DNA of 62,634 bases, the filler included. It is 6 parts of 6 records of this genome, joined end to end, with 100 filler letters (N's around TTAATTAATTAA, not from the genome) between each part and the next. Parts side by side here need not be neighbours in the genome. Positions count along the whole stretch, not along the records: positions 20,337 to 44,203 come from DRR378314_1933; positions 44,304 to 50,350 come from DRR378314_1935; 4 more parts are not named here. One strand, 5' to 3'. This document shows positions 33,301 through 45,811 of the stretch, piece by piece (within the stretch, counting starts at the first letter, position 1; each line of letters starts with the position of its first letter). The position numbers and the translations under genes are program-made. The notes beneath the pieces were generated by a model. That model was not told where the DNA came from and searched no databases. It was given only the letters and a program-made list of their open reading frames with translations.

Positions 33301-36300
33301 TTGTGATGTTTTTTCGTCTTTACTCCATAAATAGCGCAAGGTCTCGCTTACATTACGCAGCAAACTGCTGTAACAAAGGTTGTGGCGGAAACGTCAACAG
33401 AAATTGTCGTGGACGCAGACTCGAACGAGCATCATACGTTCCTTCTAACAGGTGATGTGCGGCATTTACCACCGCATGTAGACAAAAGCAACGCCGGTTT
33501 TTGTTGTTGTTGTCTCTTCTACTATTGCGCGCGACAATTGTTGCTCGCTGTCTACCTGTGTGCGGAATTATGAGACGTTTGCATAAATTGTCCACGTGCT
33601 TGGCGAAAAGGTTACACGAAAGTGCGGAATCGGAGATTTGTCTCGCAATGTCATGTTTCTGGTGACAGGATATGCTGTTGGTAGTAGAAGAAAAAGTAGA
33701 ATTTCGCTCTACTTTTCGGGCAATCGTTCCCATCTTTTTCCTCCTTTTCAGCGGACCGGACACTGGTGACGCTGCACTTTCCGCTCGAAGCCTTTCTCTT
33801 TTCAGACGCAACCTACTTGAGAAATGGAAGTGGGCCACCTCCCATTTTTTCCTTGGCGACGAGCATATATCTCACAAGTGCTAAATTTTGCGCTCTCTTT
33901 TCAAAATATACTCGGTTGTGTGATTTCTTGACAGACTTTGAATCTCTGTGTTTCAAGTGTGAGTTGCGTATTCTGTTTCTTTCTTGTTTGCTCTCTCTCC
34001 TTTTCTCTCGACCTCTATTCATCTTGCTTCGTTTCTCACTATTGGTATGGATTGTTGCTGAATGGATTACGTGTTTATTGGTTCTTATTTTGCAGTGACG
34101 GGTATTTTGTATGCGCGTGGATATGGAGCTGTGGATGGTGAACTCGGTGTTGGCAACGTCGATGAACTGGTACGAGGATGAGCTTCTCTGCAGCTCCCGC
34201 GCTGTTCTTCAAAGCACGCGTAGCATTCTTGCCCAGAGAGCGTCTGTGCGGAAAGATTGTTAGTCCACACCGAGGCAAAAGTCGTGAAAAAAGCAGACAT
34301 TTATTTTCAAGTGCTCCGATGATGCCATCTATGTATGTCTCTCCCTTTCCTTTCCCGCGACGTTTACCGCTCCGGTACCTTGTTACCGCTGCACCGCCCT
34401 TGTTCGCCTGTAGGGTGCTCCCGTTGCGATTCCAGTGGACGAAATTCGGTTCATTGCTATTGCTGCTGGAAGAAGACACTCGATATTTGTCGAAAGTACG
34501 TTATTGTTTGGAGAGGTAAACAGGTAAATCTGTCTGCATCCTAGATCTATCTTTTTCTCCCTGTATCACCCCTTGCTCCATCGGGGTTTGGTCCGAGCGC
34601 GTTCCCGTCGGCTACAGCGTGAACCAAACGACTGTTCCTCTCTCGGCAGCAGTTTCCCGTGCTGTTCTACCGCGATTGTAGTTTCCCCAGGCACTCGCGT
34701 TTTCGATGCCACTTCCTCAACGGTGGGCTCATCGTGACCTTCGAGCGGTCGCTCGCGTTCCAGCGCGTCGGTGGGCGATTGGTTTCTATCAACCCTAAAT
34801 CGTTAACCAGATCTCCCTCACCCGCCCTCGCTTCCTGCTGTCCGATGGGCTTCCCGCCCTTCCGTTTCCTGACTCGTTTCGCTACTTTTGTGGGCCTACT
34901 CTCTGATGCGCTCGCTATTGCGCGGTTTGGTTTCCTCGCTCGATACTGCAACCCCCCCCCGCTCGGCTTCACGGGAACACATTGTAGAAAACGGTACTGT
35001 GTACGCGACGGGAAGCAACTCGCACGGGCAGCTGGGATTCGGATCGGACGTATCGCGCGCCACGACAGTGCGAGCGCTTGATGCGTTCGTAGACAGCGGT
35101 GATCGTGTGCTTCTCTGTGCGGCTGGAGCGCTGCACACTGTCGTTGTGACAGGTACGGCTCTGTCGAGCACGTGGAGTTGTCCGGAGCGCAGTAGTGTTG
35201 CGCTGCGAGCGACAATGATCGATGTTGCATCTCCAGAGCTCACGCGGTTTATGCCCTGAAGCTAACGCGATTCCGATCGGAGACTTTTCAAATGCTTTCG
35301 CTCTTCATATCTATGAGCAACGCCTTTTCCTCCGCGATACATAGCTGCTCTTCCATGCTACTACTCAGTTTAAATGATGCATTGGGTTTGGAGGAGCCAA
35401 AGGGAGCGGATGTTTTCGGCGCAGTACATCGCAGACTGTCTGTTATCGAGTTCGTCGCTCTTGCTTTCTTTCTTGACAAGTTTGCGAGAATTATAACTCG
35501 GGTGCGGCACCTTGCCAAATCGACGTTGCTGCCTACACGATGCGCACTGAGTGAGATGGTGGCCCCATTTTTGCCCGTCTCGTGCGTGTTCCGAGATAGC
35601 GCCACAGTGCTCGCGGGTGCTTTCTGCTCTTGCATGGTACTACTGTGAACGCCTTGTTTCTGCCATGTATCTGTCCGCCCGTCAGAGGCGCTTCTATGGT
35701 ACCAGGGAATAGTGCGCCGGAAATCCGACACGTCGGTTTTCATCGGATGTGGCTCAGGATTTCTCTGTTGTCACATCGTTTCTGCGCCGCTTGCATTCTG
35801 CGTTCCTCGTACAGCGAACGGCGTTGCTTTTGCGTGGGGCGATAATAGCTACGGCCAGCTCGCTCTCTCGCACACGCAGAAAACGAGTCGACCGCAGCGG
35901 GTCCCGCTTTCAGACTCGTACCGCATAATCGGCGTGACAGTAGGCGACTATCACACCGTTTTCACAACGTCTACCGGCGAGGTCTTTTGTGTGGGGCGCA
36001 ACGTACACGGTGAATGTGGAATCGGATCTGTGTCTGCGGTTGTGTCTCCGCCGCAGAAGATGGTGCTCCCGCAAGATGCTCTGGCAACGATCGCTTTTGC
36101 AACGTACAATCGCACAATTGTGATCTTGGACAACGGCACCGCGTTGTACGCAGGGCAGAATGACTACGGGGAGGCAGGAAACGGTGCAACCGGAAACCTC
36201 TTCACTCTGACCGCTGTCAACATCACGGGCGAAGCTGTGGCGCGTGCGCACTGTGCGCACAAGCACTGTCTCTACGCTACCGAGAACGGGAAATTGATGG

Positions 36301-39300
36301 CGTCTGGCTATTCGGACACGAATCAGCTCGCGGTGGCGGGCGTGAATAGCACGCTCGAGCCTCTCCGGATGTCGTCGCGACGTGCCTTCCACGTCAGCGT
36401 TTCCACGGCAGCCGAGTTCAACACGATCATTGCGTCACGAACTGGGGGTGTTTTGGGCTGGGGACGAAACAATCGCGGTCAGCTCGGCATTGGAGGCCCC
36501 ACAGGTGATAAGACGACACCCATCGAAATTCCGATTGCACTCGCCGCGAATGAAACCGTCGTGTCCATGGACGTGTCGTCTAAGTCGACGTATGTCCTCA
36601 CAAGCGCGCGGTTGTTTGTGATTGGCGATAATGCTGTGGGCGAACTAGGCCTTAACGCTACCACGTCGCTGTTTACCGCAGCCGTAGAGAACACGGCACT
36701 ACCGGCTGGGCGTAATTTTTCGCAAGTATGCTGCGGAGAGAGCTTTGCAGCGCTTTTGTCGACAAGCGGCTCCGTTTATGTTGCTGGAAACGTAACGGAC
36801 GGGGTTGGAGGGCCGCTTGCAATGGAAGAAGCCGAAGCGGGAGGCATTGTCCGCTCTTTCATCCAAGTCACCGGGGCGCTTGCGGATAATATCACAATTA
36901 TTGATATCGCGTGCGGCACGCGCCATATTGTCGCGCGATCAAGTGATGGCGAGGTGTTTGCGTGGGGCCACGGTGGGTCCGGGGCGCTCGGGATCGGTAC
37001 GCGCTCGGCGCCGTCGCCGTTTCTCGATTCAGCGACCGGCAGCGCCGTGTTCAACAATTTCTCCAGCTCCGACGAGCTGCCGGCTTCGCAGATGTATCCT
37101 GTAAAAATCTTCGATCAGACGGCGTATGTCGTCTGCGGCGACGAGTTCTGCGTCGCGCGTCTGGTCAACGGCAGTGTGCGGGCGTGGGGCAGCAACGCGT
37201 TCGGGCAGACCGGCGCAGGCGCGGCAGCGGGGACAACAGTCCATACCCCTACAACGTCAACATATCTTGAAGCCGCGGGCGCCGGCGCGTCGTCGGCGAA
37301 AATCCGGTGCGGCGGGGCGATCACGATTGTCGTTCTCGCCAACGGAACTGCGGTTCTGTTCGGCGATAACACGTACGGCGCACTGGGGACGAACTCGGCC
37401 AACGGCACGGCGGTGCTTCGCGAAGGGGACCACCCCGTTGCGCTGGGCTCGGTTGAGCGGTCAGGTGTCGCTGGTAACGTGCACGCAGTGCCAGCGGTCC
37501 CACGCGCGGTCGTGTCGACAGCCAATGTGAATGGTGTATACACGGGTGTTTCACCGGCGTCCATAGCCAATGTTCCGATTCGCGACGCAGTCGCTGGGAC
37601 AAAGCACGTGGTGCTGTTCCCCGCCAGTATCGACGATGCCTTGCTGACTGCGGGAAGGCCAGAGCTTGGACGGACGGCAACGCAGAGCTGTCCGTATGGC
37701 CGGCACAACGTGTTTCTCGACGAGGAGTATCGCTGCGTGCCGTGCCCGCCTGGAACGTACGGGCCGTTTGGGGACGGCGAGTGCCTCGCATGCCCGGCCG
37801 GCACGTTTTCGTCGGTTACCGGATCGAGCGAGTGCAGCGCCTGCCCAGCCGGTCACGTGGCGCCCACACTGCGGCATTCGTCGTGTATTGCTTGCCCCCC
37901 GGATACCTATGCAAAAGGCGATGGAATTTCGTGTGTCGCGTGCCCGGAAGGGGCCGTGTGCGAAGAGGAAATGCTGGTATCGTCGACACTGATGCGCAAG
38001 AAGCGGTACTGGCGCCCGACAACCAACTCGACAGAGTTTTTCGCGTGCTCGTTCAAAGGGGCGTGCCCTGCGGGCTATTTCGGCTCCGCGTGCGCCGATG
38101 GGTTCGATGGCGTAGTGTGCGGAACATGCTCTGCCAACTATTTTCGCGCCGGAGTACGGTGCCTCGGATGCATCACGAACCCATTGGCTGCCGGTGCAGT
38201 GGTGGTTGTTAGCTTCGCAATTATGATGATGCTGTTGCGGCCTGTTGCGGTGTGGATCTATGCAGCGGGCGCCACTGGAGTCGCGCAGTGCAAGGCGACT
38301 GCGCACGCGGGAATCTCCCTGTCACTGGTCTTTGGTATGCAAGTTTTGGTCAGTATCTTGTACATGGATGTCGAGATGCCGCTGTATGTTGACGAAGTTC
38401 TCGCTTTTGCGCAACTTGTCGAGTTTAGGGTGTCAGGATTGATTGGCATTGGCTGTCTGCTCGGGAGCGAGCGCTTCATGCTCTTCTTTTCGTCGCTTGA
38501 ACCTCTGTTTTGGCTTGGTGCCCTTGTCCTCATGCCTCGACAAGCTCTTAAATTTGGGCGTTGTCTGTGGCGTTTAGCCGGCCCCATTGCTCGCTACTGC
38601 CTTTATCCGTGCAATTCGTACGTCTCGGGTCGCATCGAGGAGCTCCGCGCCGCTCGATCGGCCAATCATGTGCTGCCACACGAAGAGCAAAGCGACGAGT
38701 TCATCGACGAGGAAGAGGAGAAAGCCCTTCGACTCCGATATGTTGCAATCTTGATCTACGTTCCTGTCGCTGTCCGCGCGTGCCTTGTGTGGTTCCGCAC
38801 GCAACAAATCGATGGGCAAGAGTACCTTTTGATGGATACGTCATTCACTGCTGAAGAAACAGTGTGGTTGCGGTACGGATTGTCGGCGATTGCAGCAATG
38901 CTTGTGCTCGCTTCCTTCGGGGTTTCAGTTTTCGCGGCTTACCTTTCGTACGAAAAGATGGTAGAAAAGGTCCAGAAGAAGAAGGCGGAACGTGAAAGGC
39001 TGCAGAAAACACCGATATTGCCTCCTGGTGCGACAGAGTATGCAGCAAACAGGGAGCGGAGGACGGACGCGACAAACGCAGGCGTAACCCTCGGCGTAGA
39101 CCAGATTCTTGCTCAAGCAGCACAGCCCAAGCCGGTATCGGAGCCGGGAGTGCGACGGTGGCCAAAGTTTTTGCGATCATTCATTTGTGCGGACTGGCTA
39201 AACTTTGGGGAGTACCTGTACGTCCGGCGGTCAGATACTGCCTCTTTCGTAGCGTGCCGTTGTGCCAGCGGGCGGGCGTGCGTGCGCCGTACTGCGTTGC

Positions 39301-40330
39301 TATATTTCGACATGGTGTGTATGCACTAGTGCGTGTTTCCAGCTCGCGTGGATCACTGTCTCTCTCTGCACTTTGTATGAAGCGGTGCTCTTGGCTCTTT
39401 CAAGCACAGACAAGGACGTCTCTGTTGGCGGTCCGGAGCTGGCAGAGTGTGGTATAGCTGGTTGCGATTTGTCGTGATAGCGCGCTGCCCAGCATCCACA
39501 TGCAGAACTTGCGACTTTGGTCAGAATGGGAGAAATCGCGCAATCTCTTGACACTGTTGACTTTCTATAGGATGTAAGCAAAGTAAGACATATTGTTGAC
39601 GCGCTTGCTAGTTGGGTGCCTATAGTAGCGGCGTTGGGCGCTCGCGCAATGCTGGTGTCGCGTTCGCGTTGCGACAGGACAACGCTCGTTTCCGATTCTT
39701 GCAACAGCAAGCGCCCATGTCGAAACCGCCATTTTTCCGGCTTCGTATCGGCTTGCTGTATACCTCGTTATGAAGATTCTTGTGCAGAGTACTGCTTCCT
39801 GGTGCAGGGACTGCTCTCAGCTGCCACTTGCACCGCCATTTCAGCCGGACCGTTGTACGCGCTCTGGCCTCGTTCGATGCCCCGGCTGCTCGTTCATCTT
39901 TCGCGTGTGTTACGCTGACGAGAATGACGTGCGCTCGTCCCTCTTCGCCTCCATCTGCAGGGAAATGGAGCGCTTGCTGGCGCGTGTGGCACTTGTCGCG
40001 CTTATTCCTATGCTTGTTGTACAAGGCAAAGTGCAGCCATTCCTTTCCTTTGTTATCGCGCTGGTGCACATGTTTATCGCGTTTAGCGTGTTCTACACCT
40101 GGCCGGCTATCTTCAGCGCCGAAGAGCAGGGGCGTGTTTTCTCGCAGCTCTTCGAGGCAATCGTGAGTATTTTGAATGCTTTCTGCTTGTTTGTTCCGTT
40201 TGCTGCATCTCTTGATACAATTTCTGTCTCGTCGTTGGCGTTCGTATTCATATTCTTGGGATGCTTGGTCGCACTCTTTGCGTATGCGCTCCACAACGCA
40301 ATCGCTGCAGTGTGCTTCAGGGAGCCGTAG
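30363..40330 (+). CDS. Large surface protein: signal peptide, RCC1 repeats, Cys-rich (GCC2/GCC3-like) repeats, multi-TM C-terminus
   Basis: Exon 1 is MRSARAGLFLGFLALVVGSVEC. Small RCC1 exons lie at about 33361, 34096, 34413 and 34988. The large exon 35815-39217 has repeated WGxNxxGQLG and CxxCPxGT motifs. The last exon 39961-40330 joins in phase (GEYL|EMERLLARVALV). The link to the 5' exons is inferred. Confidence 0.8.
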
Positions 40331-41351
40331 CTGGAAGCTTTGCCACGGCGCTTCTCAGCGCGCGCTACCGGGGATTGCGAAAATGGCTCAGCCGCGGAGG
40401 GCCCTTTGCAGAGAACGCGCTGAGTCAAGCCGAAGTGATTTGTATTTCTTCCAAGAATACATGCTTCGCGGATTATTGTACTGGCTACGATGGGGTTCGG
40501 CGGTCCAGAAGATCAGGGCAGTAGCAGCACTCCAAGGTCGTCACTGCGGATTCGGCGGACGACCTGCGCCCCCTCCCCTGGGTCACGCGGGCGAGATGCA
40601 GCGGAAGCACTGACCCGTGTGTGTGCACTGCGCCCATTGCAAGGGGGTTCTCCTCAGCACCAGATACGAGGGTTTTCTTCGCATAATCCCAGGGGCGCTT
40701 GCATGGGGTCGTTATCGGAAAGGAACGAGAATGGCAGTGTATGCTGGGAACAGGGGAGGTAGGAGCAGCAGCCACGCCGGGACGCTTGCTTTCGCAGACC
40801 AAGCATCTTGTACGCGACGCCCCGCTTTTTGAAGCAGACGACACCAGGACGTCTGAGCCGAGCCCGGGTGGGGTCGGGGGTCACGGGGTATTGCAAAAAT
40901 TTGCATGTAAAGCACGCCCTGAACAAGGCTCTGCGCGACGTAAGGAAAGCATCTCTGTCGCCGCGCCAGCTTGTTCGCAAGGGTTGCGCACGGTCCGCAG
41001 GGCGCACTCAGCAGCGTGAGTGGCCACATCGAGGCGGTGCGCTCTTCCTGTTGGCACGCGTCGTGCCGTGCTGCGTTTCTGAGGGCGTACAACCGGAATA
41101 CAGGTAGAAAAGGCACCACATGGCATACAGGTGTGTACTAATGGGCGTACGTTCATGAAGTAAGATACTGCAGGAGAGACTACCATTCCGAGTGGAGAGA
41201 AGTGGGGCGGGTTTGCGTCGCGGGGGGGGGAGGCTCCTGTGCGGTCTCCGTGCGCTGCGCTGCTGGTCTCCGCGCGGCCCGCTGTCGCCGCCGCCGCAGC
41301 GCGCTGCGGCCGTCAATTTTCTTCCGGTGCTTGGAAAAAGCCTGTCCAAGC

Positions 41352-43714
41352 ATGGTGGCGTCCCAGGGTGCCGAGTCGGGCGATACGCACTCCGTCGGTG
41401 AACCCGAGCTCATTCGCGTGGCGTGTACCTTGAACCGGAGTCACGAAGAGAACCAGCGGAAGCATGGGGAGCTTGTCGTGACGAATCGGTATGGCGCAAG
41501 GGCTTTCTGGCAGGTCGCTTTTGTTGTTGGGCGCGGCGCGTGCCCCTGCGTAGCGAAGCGACGTGCGCGCGCTGTCGTCTGCAAAGTGCAGCGCACGTGC
41601 AGCGTTCCTGTATGCACTTCCAAGTGCACTCCTTTCGAGGTTTCTCAGATTCCTTATTACTTCGCAAAGTGAAGAGAAAGAGAGAGTGTGGCTCTGCAAT
41701 TCTGCCCGTGGTTCCGCAATGGTTGCGCCCGCTTCGGCTTGTGGTTCTCCGCGCTGCCGCCGCCTCGCCGTGTGCTGCGCTTGGAGAGGGCTCCTCACGC
41801 TTGCGACCGCCTGCTGGCATATGCGGCGCTTCCGGATGTGCGTTGTTGCGCGCGCGCAACCGCGGTTGTATCCTGTTCTCTGTGTACAGGCAAATTTTCT
41901 GGATTGAAGACGGTAGTCAAGATCCCTCAATGCTGTTTCCGTATGAGAAAATTATGCTTCACGCCGTGAGCCACGACGAAGGCGAGGGAGGCCCGTGCCT
42001 GTACTGCCAGGTGAGCTGGCCACTGCGCGGTCTCTCCGCAGTTTGCCTGTCCAAGCTGCCCTCTCCGTTTCGCTTCGGTGCGAAATTTGAATCTTGCTCG
42101 GGGAATCAGGAACAAAATGTCGTAACCGTTCCCGATACAATACGTGGGATCCGGTTTTCTGGGCTGCTTCATGCGGTGCTGGCCGGCGCTTGACGAGTAC
42201 GCGCTGTGCGCGCGCGCGTTCGTTGCGCGCAATGATTGTTGTGGCTGTCCAATAGGACTGTTTTCTTGAAATTCAAGTGTAAACATACGGTTGTCGTATT
42301 GGTGCAATCTGCACACGCTGTGGGCCGCGTTTTACTTTCCAGGTTACCGACGACCATCCTGATGCGGACGAATTGGACACGGAGGAGCTGCGTTTCTTCC
42401 TCGACGACTCTTCGCAACGTACGTATTGCGCGTGTTCGCCTGCGTTCCTACGGGGAGCAGTGCCACACATGCGCAGTGCGTAATCTGCACGAGTTCGCAT
42501 GTACTGTTGGCCTACGATGGCCGCAGGCGCGGTACTTGTGGTCGAAATAGGTTTCTTTTCTATTTTCCAGTGCAGTCTCACCCTGTGCGGCGCGGCGCTC
42601 GGGCTGTATGTTCGCAAGTGCATTGTGCGTACACGTGTGCAGTGCTCGCCCATGATCGCGGCATTTCCTCTTGGCATTGTTCCATGAGTTCACTATCACC
42701 GCATGCAGTTACACATGTGGTTCATCATGATGTGTTGGAAGTACCCGCTCACCTGTAGAGGGCGAGCGCCTCACGTGGCGCGCTTTATCGCTGGGCGCGC
42801 TTTACGAAATGCGCAAGTGTGCGTGTCTGTTGCTTGCGCTGAGGCCGCTCGTCCGCCGTCCTCGTTCTGTACCGCTGTAGTGGATGAAGTGTTTTCTCTG
42901 ATGAGCGAAAGCGCAGCGGCTGCGCCCAACGCTTCTGGCGACAACGAAGGCAAGTTTGTATGCGAACTGAATGCTGCCACGGTGTGCTGAGCTCCGCATC
43001 GCATTTCTGTATGCTGGTGAGTGCGCGCGTGAGCTAATAGCGTTGCGCTTCGGTCTCGTTGCGGTCTCAGTGTTTCCGCAACTTATCTGCTACGGTCATG
43101 CGATCGTGCACACTTTGTGTGGATATGTGCTTACGCAGGAATGTTTGACTCCAGTTCCGATTTGTTCTTTTCCGCCGCGGATATATCCGCTCGCGGCGAC
43201 GAGATCAGCCAGGAGGCGTTCCAGGTACGAAGCCCTGGTCTGCATGACAAGTCCCGGCCGTTGTTGTTTGCGTTTTTTTTGTTTTGTTTGTTGTTGTTGC
43301 CTATGTATGCTGATCTCGCGGATGCAGCCTGGGATCATTACGAGCGATATATACAGTGTTATTCCGAAGATGAACATAGGAGAGGATGTGTCGATTTGTG
43401 TAGTGTTGGTCGCGGACGCATTTTGCGTTGTCCGGCGAGTTCGGCAGAATTTCACAGTCATCGTCGATGGACGCAGAACCACGGAGTTCCTGCGTATGCT
43501 TCTGCTTCCCATTACGGGCCGTATTTCTCATAACCAATCATTACTCGAGTGAATTATGGTTCGCTTTGTTATTGCTTCGCTGTTGCTTTGGGCTACGAAT
43601 CCCTTTCTGTAGCGTTTCGATAATATCCTGGAAATTCCTCCCGAGATGCAGCGCCATCTTGAGGCGAACGAGGCTGAAGAAGACGATGATATGCCAGACG
43701 GCGATTCCTCGTAG
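41352..43714 (+). CDS. CLNS1A: ICln / methylosome subunit pICln (Voldacs domain), 6 exons
   Basis: GELVVTNR|QIFWIEDG...FPYEKIMLHAVSHD...PCLYCQ|VTDD...EELRFFLDDSSQ|LDEVFSLMSESA...|GMFDSSSDLFFSAAD...|RFDNILEIPP...DDDMPDGDSS*. Confidence 0.85.
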
Positions 43715-44203
43715 CTGGGCTATGCTCGTATTCAGCACAGCCACCGATAGCACACCACCGAGAGCACACCACCGAGCCGGGTTGTGCGCGATGGTGGACA
43801 TTTGTGCAGAATACTATCAATGGGTTTTGAATGCCTGGGCAGCTTGTAGCATAGTGATTCCCTGCCGGTCACTTTCCGAGGACCTGCGAATGAATGTGCG
43901 GAGATACCTCTCTGCCTCGCCATCGTTCCCTATCTCTCTCTTTAGCAGTTGGCTCTCCGAATCGCAAAGTCGGGGCTCATGAGCGCGCTGTGCGCACAAT
44001 CTTCTGATTCAACAAGCATGCGCGATCACTATGGTCCGGACGTCCACTTTTCCCCTTTGGTCTACGTTGCGCAAGGCGACACGGTGCGGCGGTGGGTGTT
44101 GCGCGGGCGCTGCAATTCCGGTTGAGATTTAGGGGTACATAGTGGGTTTCCCGCTCTGTCCTGCGGGATAACCTTATCCCCCTGACGCCGGCGGAACTGG
44201 TAT

Positions 44204-44303
44204 NNNNNNNNNNNNNNNNNNNNNNNNNNNNNNNNNNNNNNNNNNNNTTAATTAATTAANNNNNNNNNNNNNNNNNNNNNNNNNNNNNNNNNNNNNNNNN
44301 NNN
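44204..44303. other. Artificial contig-joining spacer
   Basis: N runs around TTAATTAATTAA. Confidence 0.99.
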
Positions 44304-44357
44304 CTTTTTGGCCTTATATCCTGCGGGGAGTCAGCTTTGCTGACGGGGCAGAGCCCC
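44304..44357. repeat. REP-like palindromic intergenic element
   Basis: Hairpins GTCAGC-ttt-GCTGAC and GGGGC-aga-GCCCC follow ctttttggccttatatcc. It resembles short repeats common in Rhodobacteraceae and sits at a contig break. Confidence 0.5.
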
Positions 44358-44372
44358 AAAAGAAAACGTTAA

Positions 44373-44876
44373 ATGCAGAACATGGACATCGACATAGATG
44401 ACCCCCGCTGGGCCGCCCTTGATATGGAGGCGCTATGCGAGAGGGCGATCAGAACCACGCTGAACCGGCTTGCCCTGCCACTGGATGCTGAAATCAGCAT
44501 CCTTGCCTGTGATGATGCCCGCATTGCCGCTCTCAACGCGGAATTCCGGGCCAAGGCCAGGCCGACAAATGTCCTCAGCTGGCCCAGTGAAGAGCGTGCC
44601 GCGATGAGCGCTGGCGGTCAGCCGAGGCCGCCTGAACCCGATCCGGGCGGCATGATTGAACTGGGCGATATCGCCATCAGCTATGACACCTGCGCCGCCG
44701 AAGCCCGCGCTGCGGGCAAAGATATCGCCGAGCATGTGACCCATCTGATCATCCACGGCACCCTTCATTTGCTTGGGTATGATCACGAAACTGAGCAAGA
44801 TGCAGCCTTGATGGAAGGGCTCGAAGTCGAAATACTTGGCAAATTGGGGTTGGATGACCCATATAGAGAATCGTAG
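44373..44876 (+). CDS. ybeY: rRNA maturation endoribonuclease YbeY
   Basis: Motifs LNAEFRAKARPTNVLSWP, LGDIAI and HLIIHGTLHLLGYDH. Confidence 0.96.
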   Translation: MQNMDIDIDDPRWAALDMEALCERAIRTTLNRLALPLDAEISILACDDARIAALNAEFRAKARPTNVLSWPSEERAAMSAGGQPRPPEPDPGGMIELGDIAISYDTCAAEARAAGKDIAEHVTHLIIHGTLHLLGYDHETEQDAALMEGLEVEILGKLGLDDPYRES

Positions 44877-44911
44877 ACGGCAACGGCCGTTATTTTACAT
44901 GACAGGACCCA

Positions 44912-45811
44912 ATGGGCGACAACGACGGACCATCTGACGCGGCGCAAAGCGCGCAACCGGATGAAAACACTGCTTCACCAGACGATGCGGCCTCGAAAAC
45001 GGGCGGCTTTTTCTCACGTGTCATTGGCGCACTCAGTCCTTCCGAGGGGGATCTAGCGTCGGAAATGACGCCGCTTCCCGTTGATCGGGTGTCGGCGCGT
45101 GGCATGATGAACCTGCGCCGGATGCGGGTCGACGATGTGTCGATCCCCAAGGCCGAAATCACAGCTGTGCCGGTCAGCATCACCATGGAGGAACTGGTCG
45201 CCGTCTTCAAAGAAAGCGGTCTGACACGTCTGCCGGTCTTTGACGGCACATTGGACACCCCTGTCGGCATGGCCCACCTCAAGGATCTGGCGCTGCAATA
45301 CGGGTTCAACGGCAAGCCCAAGGATTTTGATCTGCCCGCCTTGCTGCGCCCCTTGTTGTTTGTCCCCCCGTCCATGGGCATCGGCGTCCTGTTGACCAAA
45401 ATGCAAGCCGAACGGCGTCATATGGCCTTGGTGATCGACGAATATGGCGGGGTTGACGGGTTGGTCACCATCGAAGACCTGATTGAACAGGTGATTGGTG
45501 AAATCGAAGACGAACATGACGTCGATGAGGCAACCTTCTGGAGCATTGAGAAGCCCGGCACCTATCTGGCATTGGCCAAAACCCCACTTGAGGATTTCGA
45601 GGCAGAGATTGGCCATTCCCTGACCGACCACGATGATGTCGACGAGGAAGAAATCGACACTTTGGGCGGGCTGGTCTTTATGCTGTCCGGGCGGGTGCCG
45701 ACACGGGGCGAGGTGGTCCTGCATCCAGATGGCCCTGAATTCGAGGTCATTGATGCCGACCCGCGCCGCATCAAACGCTTGCGGGTGCGCACCAACGGGG
45801 CCAACGGGTGA
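44912..45811 (+). CDS. corC: CBS-domain Mg/Co transport protein (CorC/HlyC)
   Basis: Motifs SGLTRLPV, HMALVIDEYGGVDGLVTIEDLIEQVIGEIEDEHD, TLGGLVF and DADPRRIKRLRV; conserved ybeY-corC-lnt order. Confidence 0.93.
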   Translation: MGDNDGPSDAAQSAQPDENTASPDDAASKTGGFFSRVIGALSPSEGDLASEMTPLPVDRVSARGMMNLRRMRVDDVSIPKAEITAVPVSITMEELVAVFKESGLTRLPVFDGTLDTPVGMAHLKDLALQYGFNGKPKDFDLPALLRPLLFVPPSMGIGVLLTKMQAERRHMALVIDEYGGVDGLVTIEDLIEQVIGEIEDEHDVDEATFWSIEKPGTYLALAKTPLEDFEAEIGHSLTDHDDVDEEEIDTLGGLVFMLSGRVPTRGEVVLHPDGPEFEVIDADPRRIKRLRVRTNGANG

